Both the position numbers and the translations under genes were made by a program. From Eledone cirrhosa (lineage: Eukaryota), in contig OZ024755.1 in assembly GCA_964016885.1 (NCBI GenBank), positions 21,576,001 through 21,640,000 of the forward strand: 64,000 bases of DNA, read 5' to 3'. This document shows positions 44,175 to 58,130 of the stretch, piece after piece (within the stretch, counting starts at the first letter, position 1; every line of letters starts with the position of its first letter). A model generated the notes under the pieces. It saw nothing but the letters and a program-made list of their open reading frames with translations, did not search any database and was not told the origin of the DNA.

Positions 44175-45160
44175 AATGATGGCTGCCCCCTCGTTATCAA
44201 GTATGGCCATTGCACGATATACCATTATTAATAATTATTAATTAATTCTATCCCGCAATGCCTGTGCGAGAAGATATTTTTTTAAAGTGAGGAATGACTA
44301 TGCACTGAGCCAATCCCACTCTCTGAGCGACAGTAGCTATAACCCGAAAAAAAGAAAAGATCAACATCATCGGTAACTACTGAGCCGCAGGTTTTATATC
44401 GGAGTTATCCCAGTTTCCTGAGTTGCCTTCTCCTAGAAGAATGCTCTGACAAAGGCTAGGGTCCTTCACTCCCAGTGGTTTAACCGGGCGGTACATGTCT
44501 ATATACATATTTACACAATTTCGGATGGCCGTTGACTCTTAAGAGTTCTTCCGCCCCTTGTCAGGTTTTGTTTTTTATCCTGCAGGATGTCCAAAATCAT
44601 CCTCCTCACCAAGTAAACTTGGTGGGGTTGCCGGGTTAGTCACCAACAACCCGACCATGCGACAGGTTGTACTAGGTTACATGTTACCAGTAGCACTCAA
44701 AAGTGACCCGACATAGACATAATACATACATACATACATACATACATACATACATGGTGGCTGCCAACTCGTTTTCGAGTACGGCCATTACTTTATATCC
44801 ATGTAGGAGAACCCCTACCGATGCGCTGAACGAGTGTGACTTTTTAGTCCAGCCAGCAACTTGTAAACTCTGGTACAAACACTACACTTGCGACAATTAT
44901 TGACACATAGTGCTGGGCCCATGGTACCATGTAACAATAAGAGCAAAGAGATCTCCAGATATAAAGCAATGCCTGTGCCGTGAAGCTTTTATAGTGAGTA
45001 AAGGCACTGCACAAAGCCAGTCCCACTCTCTTAACCAAGAAGATATTTACCAAAAAGAAGAACAAGTCAACATCATTGGATACCATCAGGGTTGCAGGTG
45101 TTATATCAGAGTTTTCCTTCTCCTAGAATTCTGCCCTGACAAAGGCTAAGGGGTCATCTC
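44175..45160 (-). mobile_element. Two tandem non-autonomous retroelements with related 3' stem-loops and (GTAT)n tails
   Basis: 44175-44712 and 44755-45160 share CCTTTGTCAG..CA..TTCTAGGAGAAGG.AACTC and the 3' end TGGCC.TACT.GA.AACGAG..GGCAGCCA.CAT. Confidence 0.6.
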
Positions 45161-45223
45161 ATTATGTATGTATGTATCTCATACATACATACATACATAC
45201 ATACATAAATACATATACATAAT

Positions 45224-45619
45224 ATGAAAGAGTACTGGTGGAATGTTCCAGTAAAAACCCCAATAAAATGCAGACATAACAGACCAGATATTATGATATG
45301 GGACAGGGAAAAGAAGGCATGCACAGTACCGGAAGTTAGCTGTCCAGCAGATGCCAATATAATATCAAAGATTAGCGAAAAGGAGAATATTTATGCAGAA
45401 CTGATGAGAAATATGCAAATACTCCACCCTGATTATACCTTCAGATTTATGCCTGTGATTATTGGGGCACTGGGATATGTTAGTAACTGCCTCAATACAA
45501 ATCTTGAGAAGCTGGGCTTCACAGGAACAGAAATAACACAACTAGTTAGGAAATTACAAGTACAATCCATTAATGGAACAGTAAAAATATGTAAAACATT
45601 TCAAACATTTTGCATCTAA
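45224..45619 (+). mobile_element. R4/Dong-like non-LTR retrotransposon 3' fragment (restriction-like endonuclease)
   Basis: HNRPDIMIWD...EVSCPADANI..K..EK..IY.EL...PVIIGALG is a PD-(D/E)xK RLE signature. It starts abruptly after a (TACA)n tract. Confidence 0.8.
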
Positions 45620-45908
45620 TAACTGCATATAGACATGTAAAGATACTAAGCATATACACATGCACACATACAACTCAAAACATACACATCAACACATACA
45701 ATATCATCAATATCTACACATGCAGACATGCATACATATCTACCTAGTTGATGTTGTGTAAATTCTAATGAGAGAGTCTTGTGTCTATTTTAGAAACCGA
45801 CTCTCTCTCTATTGGCAAAAATTTGTGAAATTATAAAACCAGAAGAACATACAATATTCAATGAATGGCTTATTGAATATCTGCAAATGGGCCTTGTTTT
45901 TCTATTAA

Positions 45909-46042
<134 letters not shown>

Positions 46043-47510
46043 GGGCTAGCGTCCGAAACGTTAACACACTTTTCCTACTATATCAAGCGTTAAATATTTC
46101 TTCATTGTACTGTGTTGTTTGTTTTGATATTTCTCTTTACATTTCGGATGCATACGCTAAATTTGAGACTGGCGGTCTGACGGATCGTCTTAGTGCAATT
46201 CTTCGGTCTATTCATTCAAGTACGTCACCACATGATTTTAACACAAAGAGCCGGAACAAATACCGTAAGGCATCTATCTTGTCCGACGCTCTAATAATTT
46301 AGTTAACTAACATGTATTAAATGAGAGGCATGTTTGTAAAACAAACACAGGTTTAGCCCATAAGGGCTACAAATAGAGAAAAACTAACTAGCTCACAAAG
46401 ATGGTGGCCGGTTTAACTATAAGATAATATCAAATGTTCAAGAAAATACGTTGGATAACAATGGGAATAACTACAAACTTACGAGAGCGATATGTTGATA
46501 GACGAACAAACAAAATAATAATAAGTTCGTTGAAATTCAAAGGTACTTGATTCAATTAATTTTCCACAAGTCATATATTATCACATGTCAAATGCTTTGC
46601 TTTATCATTTCAGACAATCTTTTTACCTATCCTCTAAAGGAAATCAGAAATCTGTGAATTGATTACATTCGGAGGAGGAAAAAAACCCCGAAGTTGTGAT
46701 AAGCTGCTATCAGAAACTAAATCACAAAGAAACCAATAGATTATTTCAGTGGTAAAGCTAACGTAATATAAAAAAATATAAGAATATGAAGAATAACATT
46801 TGCTGTTATATCTGTATATCTGCATATGTTGTTGAAATAAAATTTTGACTGCAAGTGTCGACAAAGAACATATTTGAATACGAAATATAAACTAATGATT
46901 CCATCACTTTATAGCATCTTCATATTAAAGTTCCAATATAGAAATGCCACACACTTGATAAATCATTATCAGAATATTAGTTATTGGAATCCTTAGAAGA
47001 TTGGGGTTATTCGTAAGCTTTAATAATAGCATTGACCTATGATTCATTGGATTAAGAAGAAAAAGATTGCAAATATTAATGGTAAAACCGTAATTCAGAC
47101 AGATTGAAAGAAAAAAAAAAAGCATTGGATTGTAAAATCAATTTGAATTGATGAAACCCAATAAGATATTTGATCAATTGATGGATAAAAAGTGTCGGTA
47201 AAAATAACTTTACCAAATTGAACTTTTACTTTGTTGGCGACAAATCTTTATTTTGTGCTGCCAGTTCGATTTTAAATACCTTTTTAAGAATAAAATAAAA
47301 TCAATAATTTAGTTCGACATTATCACCACATATTGTTTTTATCTATTCTATTTTTTTATTTTTCTATTTATTTTATTTATTCATTTATTTATTCACTTAT
47401 TTATTTAATTAGTTATTTCTTTAATTATTTAGTTAGTTATTTTTATAAGCCAAGAATCCTACGGTTCTGGCATTTTCCAAACTCTTGAGTTTCACAGTTG
47501 TTGAGATTAG

Positions 47511-47967
47511 TTTGTGTATGGAAGAGGCATTCGCCAAATGCCTCCAAAATACTGCAGAGACCGCACTGGAACATACCCGTTCCAGTTGTTTAAACTCATC
47601 ACATGTTCCATGTGTTATTATTATATATTTCCATCAACACCAGTTTTCCAGCAAACCTCTGACTTTAAACTGTCCGTGGCCAGCAGAAACTACACCGAAG
47701 CACCCGATATAGAAAACGACATAATTATGTCACGACTGTGTGAAGTTATTGGAGATATTGACGAATGCAAAAGATGGCGCTCCTGTTGTCAGGTAGCTGT
47801 AGATTGTTGCTACCAACAACAGGAAAATGAAAATTCTTCCAGAATTGCAGACCTACTTTCCTGTCCGCCTACTTGGGATGGTTTTAGTTGTTGGCAGCGA
47901 TCCCCGGCAAATCAGACAGTGTCTATAAAATGCCCGTATTATGTGCATAAATTCATCACACACGATA
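47511..47967 (+). CDS. Class B (secretin-family) GPCR, calcitonin/CGRP-receptor-like; exon encoding the N-terminal Cys-rich region and first half of the hormone-binding domain
   Basis: CPPTWDGFSCW...ANQTVSIKCP is the HRM signature. The exon ends at a phase-1 GTAAGT donor at 47968. The 5' boundary is uncertain (AG at 47509-47510 after an in-frame stop). Confidence 0.85.
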
Positions 47968-48142
47968 GTAAGTTGAGTAATTTTCTTCATTTTAAATATT
48001 CATGTAAAATGTCTGTCTGAGATACGTCCAAATGAATATGTGTATGTGTACGTTCGTATGTGTGCGTTTGCATGTGCGCTTTTGTTTGCGTGCGTTTGTG
48101 TATGTGTGCGTCTGTATGTGTGCGTTCGTGTGAGTGTGTGTA

Positions 48143-48182
<40 letters not shown>

Positions 48183-48354
48183 CGCGTTTGTATGTGAGCG
48201 TTGTATGTTTGTGACTTCAGTTATGTATAGGGGTCACACAAATTGTATGAAATGCATTCAAGCAGAATACTAATAATTCTTTGATTTCAGTCATTCAGTT
48301 ATGACAGTATTGCGAACGTGGACGATACAGCACGTAGATGTAGGTGCGTACATG

Positions 48355-48456
<102 letters not shown>

Positions 48457-48489
48457 TTTGGGTTGGACAAGTTTATATAAACAGTTGTG

Positions 48490-49545
48490 GAATACACACA
48501 GTACTTAAATTATGGTCTCTCTTGGTGGAGGTTTTATTGGAGAGAGATTTAACAGACGTGGTTCTTCAACAGAATCAAAACTGATATTTTGTTGTATCAA
48601 TAAATAAACACGTATTTTTACACTTTGTCGACTAAAGCTAAACAAGAACACAACATAGACATCAAAGCCACTTCATGGTTTAGTATTTTATGGAAAGAAA
48701 TTATTTAATACTAAGACAGAAAACTAAAACATCACAGAAGTTACCAGTAAATCTTGATGTTAAAATTATTCCTTTCCGTCACCACCTAATACAACATAAG
48801 AAACAAGATTGTCTGTTAAGTAATATTGGAAAAAGATGATACATGGTCGATAATCGAACTGTAGAAAAAAAGGGTCCCAAACGAATGTTGCTAAATATAG
48901 CATAACATGAAAAGACATTTGATGTAACACTTTACGTCGTAGCAGATGAAACCACACTTAATCCAGTTATAATTTTTAGGAGGAAAACCTATGATTAAAT
49001 TAAGCTCTTTGTTAGAGTTCCTGTTCGTGTAAATGAAGACGAGTAGGATGAATGAAAAATGAATTAAGTTCTGTATTGTTAATGTGTGATGTGGGAGACT
49101 TGGTGGCTTTAGAAAGAGCAGAACTGTATATGTAAAGATGTTTATTAACAATAAATAACGAAACACAGGGCCAGAAACATCATATGACACGGAAGCAGTT
49201 ATTCCTGGTGGATTTACTTCAGTTTTACTACCACGCAATATTTCTCCGAACAAATTATTCAAGAATCTTGTTGGGAAAACTTTAGAATAAGATGATTAAT
49301 GGCAAAATGCCGTATACAGATAGTGGGAATACGATATGAATGCAAGGAAAATCGTCAAGTTTTTTAGACAGTACGGAATATCTAACTCACTGGGTGGTGT
49401 GTATGATGACATGCTGTGGGAAAATGAGAAGCCAGTAAAAGACAAAAACGTTCCATTTAATTCAGAGACCTACGTTTGTGATGATTCACTGATTAAGAAA
49501 TATATTTCAGGACGTATTCCAAGAACCTCTGGTGCCAAATGTTGA
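48490..49545 (+). mobile_element. Highly degraded pogo-family transposase relic in a GPCR intron
   Basis: Fragments RQKTKTSQKLPVNLDVKI, AVIPGGFTSVL and IVKFFRQYGISNSLGGVYDDMLW resemble pogo motifs (AQKLP; IPGGLT..LQPLD; KSFKKCGISN.LDG.EDD.LW). Confidence 0.65.
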
Positions 49546-50047
49546 TGAAGTACCTTTAGAAGGATTTTAATATATGACGATTGAAGTAAATTATAATTTT
49601 GTTAAAATATACGAGGTCAACTTTGCCTCTCATCCTTTAGAGGTCGATAAAAGAAAGTACCAGTCTAGTACTGGGGTCGATTCTTCCTCTACATTTCTTT
49701 CTCACTTCCATTCTCTCACTTTCTATCCTTCTCTGGAAGAAATCTGCTGTATTCAGACCAGGAGAGGGATAGGCTCCGCCAGACTTAAAATGTCCAAGAA
49801 ACTCCGTATGTCACTACGGCGCTCCTACGACTTCATCGGGAGTTACAGGACCATACTATACACTACATGTAGTTGCTTCCCTATCAAATATGTCGAGAAT
49901 TTCTTCATTTATAGAATCAACAACAGGACATAATTTCAACTAATTAAATAGTTCAGGTTGCAAACCTTTACCCTGCTATCGCAATTAGGTTCAGCCCAAT
50001 TTAGTTTCTATCCAAGTTTTTTCTCTGTGTTCAAGAAGATAACTATC

Positions 50048-50093
50048 CGATCTCTGATGAGGCCATAAAAAAACGTCGAAACTAGCCAGATCG
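50048..50093 (+). ncRNA. Type I hammerhead motif with a tandem degenerate copy
   Basis: CGATCT-CTGATGA-GGC...GTC-GAAA-CTAG-CC-AGATCG (triplet mutated). A second decayed copy at 50247-50290 retains ACTAGTC-AGATC. Confidence 0.6.
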
Positions 50094-52883
50094 ATCTCGG
50101 TTCATAGAAAGGAATACCTAACCCTAAAATGGGTTTTAGTAAACATATACACCATAGGTTTTGTTACAGTCCTATTATCCTTATTCTGTTTTGCTTCTTC
50201 TATTAAATCAAGTTAACAACCATTGTATTCAAGAAAAAGTAGCAACCGATAATGAATGAAGCGAGAAAAAACGCTGATACTAGTCAGATCTTTTTCTAGT
50301 CACAGGAGGAAAAATATATCTTTTAAGCACATCATCTATTCGTGGTAAGCCTATAAATAAGCTGATAACTATTATCATACAATGCACTACTTATTAGAAT
50401 AACTTTTGATTATTATATATATATACATTACAGACAAGAAAAAAATCACTGGGAATATATTTAAAATAAAGCAATAACAGAAAATAGATTACCAAAGACG
50501 CCATCATTAAAAAAAAAGAAATATGGAAGCAAGGAACAATGTAAAATAGAATAAAGTGAAGAAAAAAAATGTTGAAATATATATTCTATTTTCTCGCATA
50601 CAATTCTCAGCTGCTGTACAAAGTATTTGTTAACATGGCATTTTAATCACATAGTTCGTACAAGTATTTGTGGAGATCAGTCAGAGACAAACTGAGGCTC
50701 GAGAGCCACATGCGACTCGTTTGGCTTTCTGAATGGCACGCCTCATTTAAAAATTGCCTTGAATCTTTAAGTAGTGCGGTCCGCCTTATAGCGAGTCATA
50801 TGCTATAAGCAGGGGTTTCACCTGCTGATGCCCTACACTATATGAAATTTGAGGCCCTTCTCTAAAATATATAATTATTATTATTATATTAATGATAATG
50901 ATAAAGAATAAATAATATATATATATATGTGTGTACTTGTATATATATATATATATATACACTTCTATATATATAATTTTTGATGGTTTTGTGTTAAAGA
51001 ATAATATATTTTTAAATGAGGCCCAAAGGAGGGGGGGGGGCGTTCTTAAGTTATAGATTATTTAGGTTATGAGTAAGTCCAGTACTGCCTGTGCGGCCCG
51101 GGTCTACTGCTCGAAAAAGGTAGCCCATGACTGGTGTAGATGCTGAAGGAGGCCCGACGTGTCTTTTGTTCTTATTTGCCATGTGTACTAAGGGAAGAAA
51201 GACTGAAGTGGGTTTGTCGTCAATACTGGGAATCTGGATATTGTTTTTGATAAATAGAATTAAATGTTTGGAATACAACAAATAGCTTTATATGGCTCCA
51301 AATATGGCGGTTGTGGTGTGTTTCTTAATGGCGCCGTATTCAACAACAGCATACGTACATTTTTTGTTATTTTTCCAGCTTCTTTGGTATCAGTAAACTG
51401 TTTCGTTGTTGACGAGGATTGGTTGAAGATATATGTGACATGTATCATCTTAACTGATCCCCATACTATGTGCTGGGACCCTGTGACTGAGTATCACGCT
51501 AGTATGAAACTAACAGACCCGCTAGTATGAAACTAACAGACCTGCTAGCTTCAGTGCAGTACAATAAATAAGCTCTGCTACTGTATTAACTGAGTCAGAT
51601 TTCAGCGTGGTATAGATACTGAGTAGGATTACAGGAACAAGATCACTTCAGTGGTTATGATCGAGTTGTGCTCGTAGTGCAGCCGTCAAATGACGACTAA
51701 CCTCTCAAGTTTAGAGATTCCATCGTAATTTGAAAGCTGCGCTCCGTTTATTGTTTAGAGTCTACACAATAGCACCCATCTGGGTGTGAAAGGACGTCGT
51801 GTTTGTTTATCGACATTCAAAGAAATTGGGCACTGAAATATAAAGTGTTGATCTACTTGCTTCTGTCGTATGTGATGATAGAATGAGCACAAAGTCGAGG
51901 GGTATAAAGCTCTACTAAAACTCTCGTGTAACAATCTCTGTCAAAATGATTGCAACGGACATATGTAGGTCTTATTAGACCTCTTCTATGTAGCATATTC
52001 TACTCTATTTACAAGACTAAGAGTGATTAATACATACACATACAGTCCATAAATCGAATCCACGACATTATGATTGTAAATCCAACACCCTTACCACTAA
52101 GCCATTGTTTCATAGCTACATTTGAAATATCAATGGGAAATACATTATTAATTGTTTATGATTAGTGACATTCTACAGAGAGATCATATATAATAGCTGA
52201 GTGATATCTAAACATAGAACGAGGAAAATAAAATCAACTAATCATGAAAGAGTTAATGTATAAAATGGTTGACTTTCAATCGAGAAAAAACAATGACAAG
52301 ATAAATACGACAGTTTAAATTATTTGCTAACTACCCGGAGGTGAGTATTAATAATTCAAATACTAAGTCAACGAAAAAGCAAAAGAAAAGAAAATGAAGT
52401 TATGAAAATATAATTCAGTAAATAAATCAGATTTTTTTCCCACCAAAGTGAAGTATCGTGTAATGAAGCTGACAGTTTTATTCAAGAGGGCGTAAATGTA
52501 TTCAAAATGTTTCGTGTAAGAAAACACTTAACAAAAATTAGACAGCGTATAGTTTTCATATAATTTGATAAATGGTGAATATATTCATTTCCCTTCCCTA
52601 AAAGTAAAATGTAAAATGAATATTATATTTACTATTCAGAATTTTATATATATATATAGGAGTTGTATAAAATAAATATGGTTTTATAAATATAGTTTCC
52701 ATTTATTATTATCTTGGTATATATATATATATAATATATATTTATAACGAAGGAATTGTGGTAAGGAACCAGATGGACCATAACGCACCAAAGTACTCAA
52801 AACTTAGTGTAGTCGAGTGGGTAATAGTAACAAGAAATAGCCGTCGAAACGGCTTGAGCTCTGCCGTCGGGTCATACTTGTTG

Positions 52884-52930
<47 letters not shown>

Positions 52931-53149
52931 AGACTAGACAATGGCTAGACTAAAAAGTCACATTCGTAGGGGTTCTCCTACATGGATATAAAGTAGTGGC
53001 CGTACTCGAAAACGAGTTGGCAGCCACCATATATGTATATTAGTTTGGTGTTATATATATATATAATAGTAAAAAGAAAAACAGTAAAAATTGTTAATGG
53101 GATTTTCTCATGGAACAACAGTAAAACAATCATTTATAAAGAAGAAATT

Positions 53150-53190
53150 TATCGTACCGGTTTCAGCCACGTGGGCATCTTCATAATACG
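53150..53190 (-). ncRNA. Degenerate hammerhead motif
   Basis: Minus strand reads ATGAAGA-TGCCcacgtGGCT-GAAA-CCGG-TA. (TA)n lies about 85 nt downstream. Confidence 0.4.
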
Positions 53191-53531
53191 GAAGTGTATA
53201 ATAACATTTACAATGGATTTAAATTGTATATTAATAAGAATATGTTCTAAAAAAACACGGTTTACATACATATATATAGAAGAGGTCACATTTTTGTGTA
53301 TCACTTTCTCTCTTTGATGATGTGGACTATAATTACAGCAATGGTAGCACAAGCGCGTTATGTGTTCTTCGTCAACAACAAGAACACATAACGCGCTTGT
53401 GCTACTCTCACTACTATTGCTGTAATTATGTGTGTATGCCTGTGTGTGTGTGTATATGTGTGTGCGTGTGTAAGAGTGTGCGTACGCGCGCGCATGTGTA
53501 TGTGTGCTTGTGTGTTTGCGTGTGAGTTTTC

Positions 53532-54050
53532 ATGTGGCCCGGACACCAAGAACGCGGGAAATATCCACTGCCACAAACTCAACCACAAACCTATCACATG
53601 AGTAAGGATGTGGTCTAGGGGCCAAGAACACAGGAAGTCTTCATTACCACTGGCTCAGCCACAAACCTATCACATATATAGGGATGTGGTCTAGGGGCCA
53701 AGAACGCCGGAAGTCTACACTGCTATAAGTTCAACCACAAACATACCACATATATAGGGATGTGGTCTAGGGGTCAAGAACACCGGAAGTCTCCACTGCT
53801 ACAAGCTCAACCACAAACATATCACATATATAGGGATGTGGTCTAGGGGTCAAGAACACCGAAAGTCCCCACTGCTACAAGCTCAACCACAAACATACCA
53901 CATATATAGGGATGTGGTCTGGGAGACCAAGAAGACCGGAAGTCTCCACTGCTACAGGCTCAACGGCAATACCACATATATAGGGATGTGGTCTGGGTGA
54001 CCAAGAAGACCGGAAGTCTCGACTGCAACATGCTCAACGGCAAAACTATC
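53532..54050. repeat. 76-bp minisatellite, about 6.5 diverged copies
   Basis: GGGATGTGGTCT recurs at 53681, 53757 and 53833 (period 76). Confidence 0.9.
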
Positions 54051-54188
54051 AGAGAACGGCCGATACTTTTAGTCTACCGCTCTTATATTGTGTTTTATTT
54101 TTCAACATTCAATATTATTTTACTGATTATTATCGTCCAAGATATTTACTTATATAGTTGCTTTATTTTTCTTCTATGTTTCAACCAG

Positions 54189-54286
54189 GTAATGCATACA
54201 AAGATTGTACAGCCAACGGCACCTGGTGGCAGAACCCAATAACTAATATGGAGTGGACTAATTATAGTACGTGTATTGAGTTAAAG
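54189..54286 (+). CDS. Class B GPCR exon (second half of hormone-binding domain)
   Basis: The CAG acceptor is phase 1, compatible with the previous exon. NAYKDCTANGTWW...WTNYSTC is a classic motif. Phase-0 donor AG|GTAAAT. Confidence 0.92.
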
Positions 54287-54883
54287 GTAAATACGGTTTT
54301 CAAATATCTTACAAGTTGTAGGGGGAGGAGAAGTCGATTACATCGACCCCACTACGGGACTGGTAGTTTATTTTGTCGACCCAAAACACATCCAACCCTG
54401 GAAAGAGGAAAGCCAAAGTTGATCTCGAAGGGAATTTACCTTAGAACATAAAGGGAGGTAACTAAATGCTGCAGAGTATTTTGTCCAACGCTCTACTGAT
54501 TCTGCCAATTTACTGCCCTCGGTATCTCACAAATAATAAAAGGGTGAGGGGTTGATGTCACAATAAAAATGTTTGGTTTTGGTGAAAATTGTGTCGATAA
54601 TGTAAGGCACGTTCTCAATTGAATATTCGGTTCTATTAGCGTTACCTAAGCCACGATTCTTCAAGAAATGGACAAACTAATACAATGATAGGTAGAGTCT
54701 GATGTGAAATTGGATTGTCGTCTGCATTTGATTGGGTACGCTTTAGAGTTTTTCCGGTCTAGTTCAGACATATACAATCTTAGTTATTTGTTTAACACAT
54801 AGAAAGAAATAAAACGAAATATTTTTCATTTTCTTTTCTGCCCTTCAAGTAATCCGATATTTTTTCTATTTCCTACATTCTAG

Positions 54884-54975
54884 AAACATCGTGTCATTGT
54901 TTTTGTTAGTATAGCGACGAACCTGGTCAGTGTCATGCTGTTAATTCCAGCTTGCTTCATATTTTTGTACTTTCG
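54884..54975 (+). CDS. Class B GPCR exon (TM1), absent from the ORF track
   Basis: Polypyrimidine tract plus TAG acceptor. Translates KHRVIVFVSIATNLVSVMLLIPACFIFLYF(R). Phase 0 in, phase-2 GTGAGT donor out, matching both neighbours. Confidence 0.9.
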
Positions 54976-56689
54976 GTGAGTATTTCATATTCTACGGAAT
55001 TTCGATAATATAATATAATATAATATAATAAATATAATATAATAAATATAATAAATATAATATATAATATATAACCACACCACACCACACCACACCACAC
55101 CACATCACACCACAACACAACACAACACAACACAACACACCACACCACACCACACCACACCACACCACACCACACCACACAACTACACTACACTACACTA
55201 CACTACACTACACTATACTATACTATACTATATAATATAATATATATGCAGTTCATCTTTACACACTAATAATTTTCTTATGATCTTTTCTGTCAGATAA
55301 AGTTCATGAAAAGACCTAAATTTACAGAATCTTTCCTCTATTCAGTTATATGTAAATAAGCAAATAGGACCGCCTTCAAACATTTTAATCTGAACGTAGA
55401 TATACCTATCATAGAACAAACAAAGTAATCGCTGAATGTCCCTATACGTAAATAGGGCCGTCAAACACCTTAATCTGAACCTAGATACACCTAGAACAAC
55501 GGCAAAGTAATCACTGAATGTCCCTATATGTAAATAATTGTTTCTACTTTTGGCACAAGGCCAGCAATTATCCCAGTGTATTACTGGTACTTTATTTTAT
55601 CGACCCCGTAAGGATGAAAGGCAAAGTTAACCTCGGCGGAATTTGAACTCATACCATAAAGGGCCGTAACTCTATGCTGCAAGGCATGGTGTCTGACCCT
55701 CTACCGATACTGCCAATCCACTGCCCTTCTATATATAAATAATTGTTTCTACTTTGGCACAAGGCCAGCAGTTACCCAGTATATTACTGGTACTTTATTT
55801 TATCGACCCCGTAAGGATGAAAGGCAAAGTTAACCTCGGCGGGATTATGTAAATAATGATTTCTAGTATAGGCACAAGGCCAGTAATTTTGTGGGGAGAG
55901 GAAAGTCGATTAAATCGACCCCAGTACGTTACTGGTGCTCTATTTTATCGACCCCGTACCGTAAGGATGAAAGGCAAAGATAACCTCGGCGTGATTTGAA
56001 CTCAGACAGTAAAGTGGCGTAACTCTGTGCTGCAAAGCATGGCTATATGTAAATAATACACTCCAAAAGCAAAGCCAACAAAATCTAACTATAATCATTT
56101 AGTCTGTTCAATTGAGACAAATAACAAGGGCTTTATTTACATTGATCCGTTTTCTCATGAAGGAATCGGAATGCCACCAATTATATTTAATGATCAAAAT
56201 AAATAGAAACAAAATTGAAAAATAAATTTTTTTTCTTTTCTTTTCCGTTTTTATTTCATTTTTTTTTTTTTTTTCTTAATTTTATTTCATCATCTCTTTT
56301 TCTTTGCACAACTCAATTTCCGTATATAGGTGATTCTAGCTTTATTAGTCATATGCCAATAATTCTAGATACGACCCAATTACAGAAGTACAAGTATATG
56401 TGTCATCCTTGAGTTCTGACTGGCAAAATTGTGGGAAAGGAAAAAAAAAAAAGCAACAAAAAATGGAAACATTCAAATTTTTCAATTTTCTTGGCGAATG
56501 ATTATCCGGAGAGAAAGACGAAAGAGGGTATGAAGAAAATAAATAAAAATCGTTTAACAGGGGGTTTTCTGTCCTGCAATTATTTTTTTTATAGCTATTT
56601 CTAAACGCTTCAATTGTATTTATATTCTACATCAACAGTCCGCATATATATGTGTCTATATATATTGTACATCAACAGTCGGCATATAT

Positions 56690-56794
<105 letters not shown>

Positions 56795-56818
56795 ACATCA
56801 TCAAAACTATATGTATAA

Positions 56819-56877
<59 letters not shown>

Positions 56878-57003
56878 TGTGTGTGTGTGTGTATACAAAA
56901 TAAGTTCTCTTTAGACATAAAATATTTATCTAACAGAATATTGCTAGAATTTGTTTGCAATTGGTCGTGGAATAGAAATGGGTTCCATTCCAATTGTACA
57001 GCT

Positions 57004-58130
57004 AACTAGGATTTTGTTATATTAGTGTTCACACGTTTAATACAATTAGTATTAAACATTTAACTAGAATTTTGTTATATTAGTGTTCACACGTTTAATA
57101 CAACTAGTATTAAACATTTAACTAGAATTTTGTTATATTAGTGTTCACACGTTTAATACGAGTACAATTAGTATTAAACATTTAACTAGAATTTTGTTAT
57201 ATTAGTGTTCACACGTTTAATACAACTAGTATTCAACATTTAACTAGAATTTTGTTATATTAGTGTTCACACGTTTAATACGAGTACAATTAGTATTAAA
57301 CATTTAACTAGAATTTTGTTATATTAGTGTTCACACGTTTAATACAACTAGTATTCAACATTTAACTAGAATTTTGTTATATTAGTGTTCACACGTTTAA
57401 TACGAGTACAATTAGTATTAAACATTTAACTAGAATTTTGTTATATTAGTGTTCACACGTTTAATACAACTAGTATTCAACATTTAACTAGAATTTTGTT
57501 ATATTAGTGTTCACACGTTTAATACGAGTACAATTAGTATTAAACATTTAACTAGAATTTTGTTATATTAGTGTTCACACGTTTAATACAACTAGTATTC
57601 AACATTTAACTAGAATTTTGTTATATTAGTGTTCACACGTTTAATACGAGTACAATTAGTATTAAACATTTAACTAGAATTTTGTTATATTAGTGTTCAC
57701 ACGTTTAATACAACTAGTATTCAACATTTAACTAGAATTTTGTTATATTAGTGTTCACACGTTTAATACAACTAGTATTAAACATTTAACTAGAATTTTG
57801 TTATATTAGTGTTCACACGTTTAATACAACTAGTATTAAACATTTAACTAGAATTTTGTTATATTAGTGTTCACACGTTTAATACTAGTATTAAACATTT
57901 AACTAGAATTTTGTTATATTAGTGTCCACACGTTTAATACAACTAGTATTAAACATTTAACTAGAATTTTGTTATATTAGTGTCCACACGTTTAATACAA
58001 CTAGTATTAAACATTTAACTACAGTTTTGGTAAGTTAGTGTTAACACGTTTAATACAACTAGTATTAAACATTTAACTACAGTTTTGGTAAGTTAGTGTT
58101 AACATGTTTAATATGTCTAGTATTAAAAAC
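57004..58130. repeat. 58/64-bp minisatellite with alternating units (122-bp higher-order repeat)
   Basis: Unit starts at 57062, 57120, 57184, 57242 and 57306 give spacings of 58, 64, 58 and 64. The long unit has an extra GAGTAC. Confidence 0.93.

Noticed and set aside
44610-44712. HDV-like ribozyme at the 5' end of the non-autonomous element
   Set aside because: Hairpins are present, but the nested double pseudoknot could not be assigned by eye.
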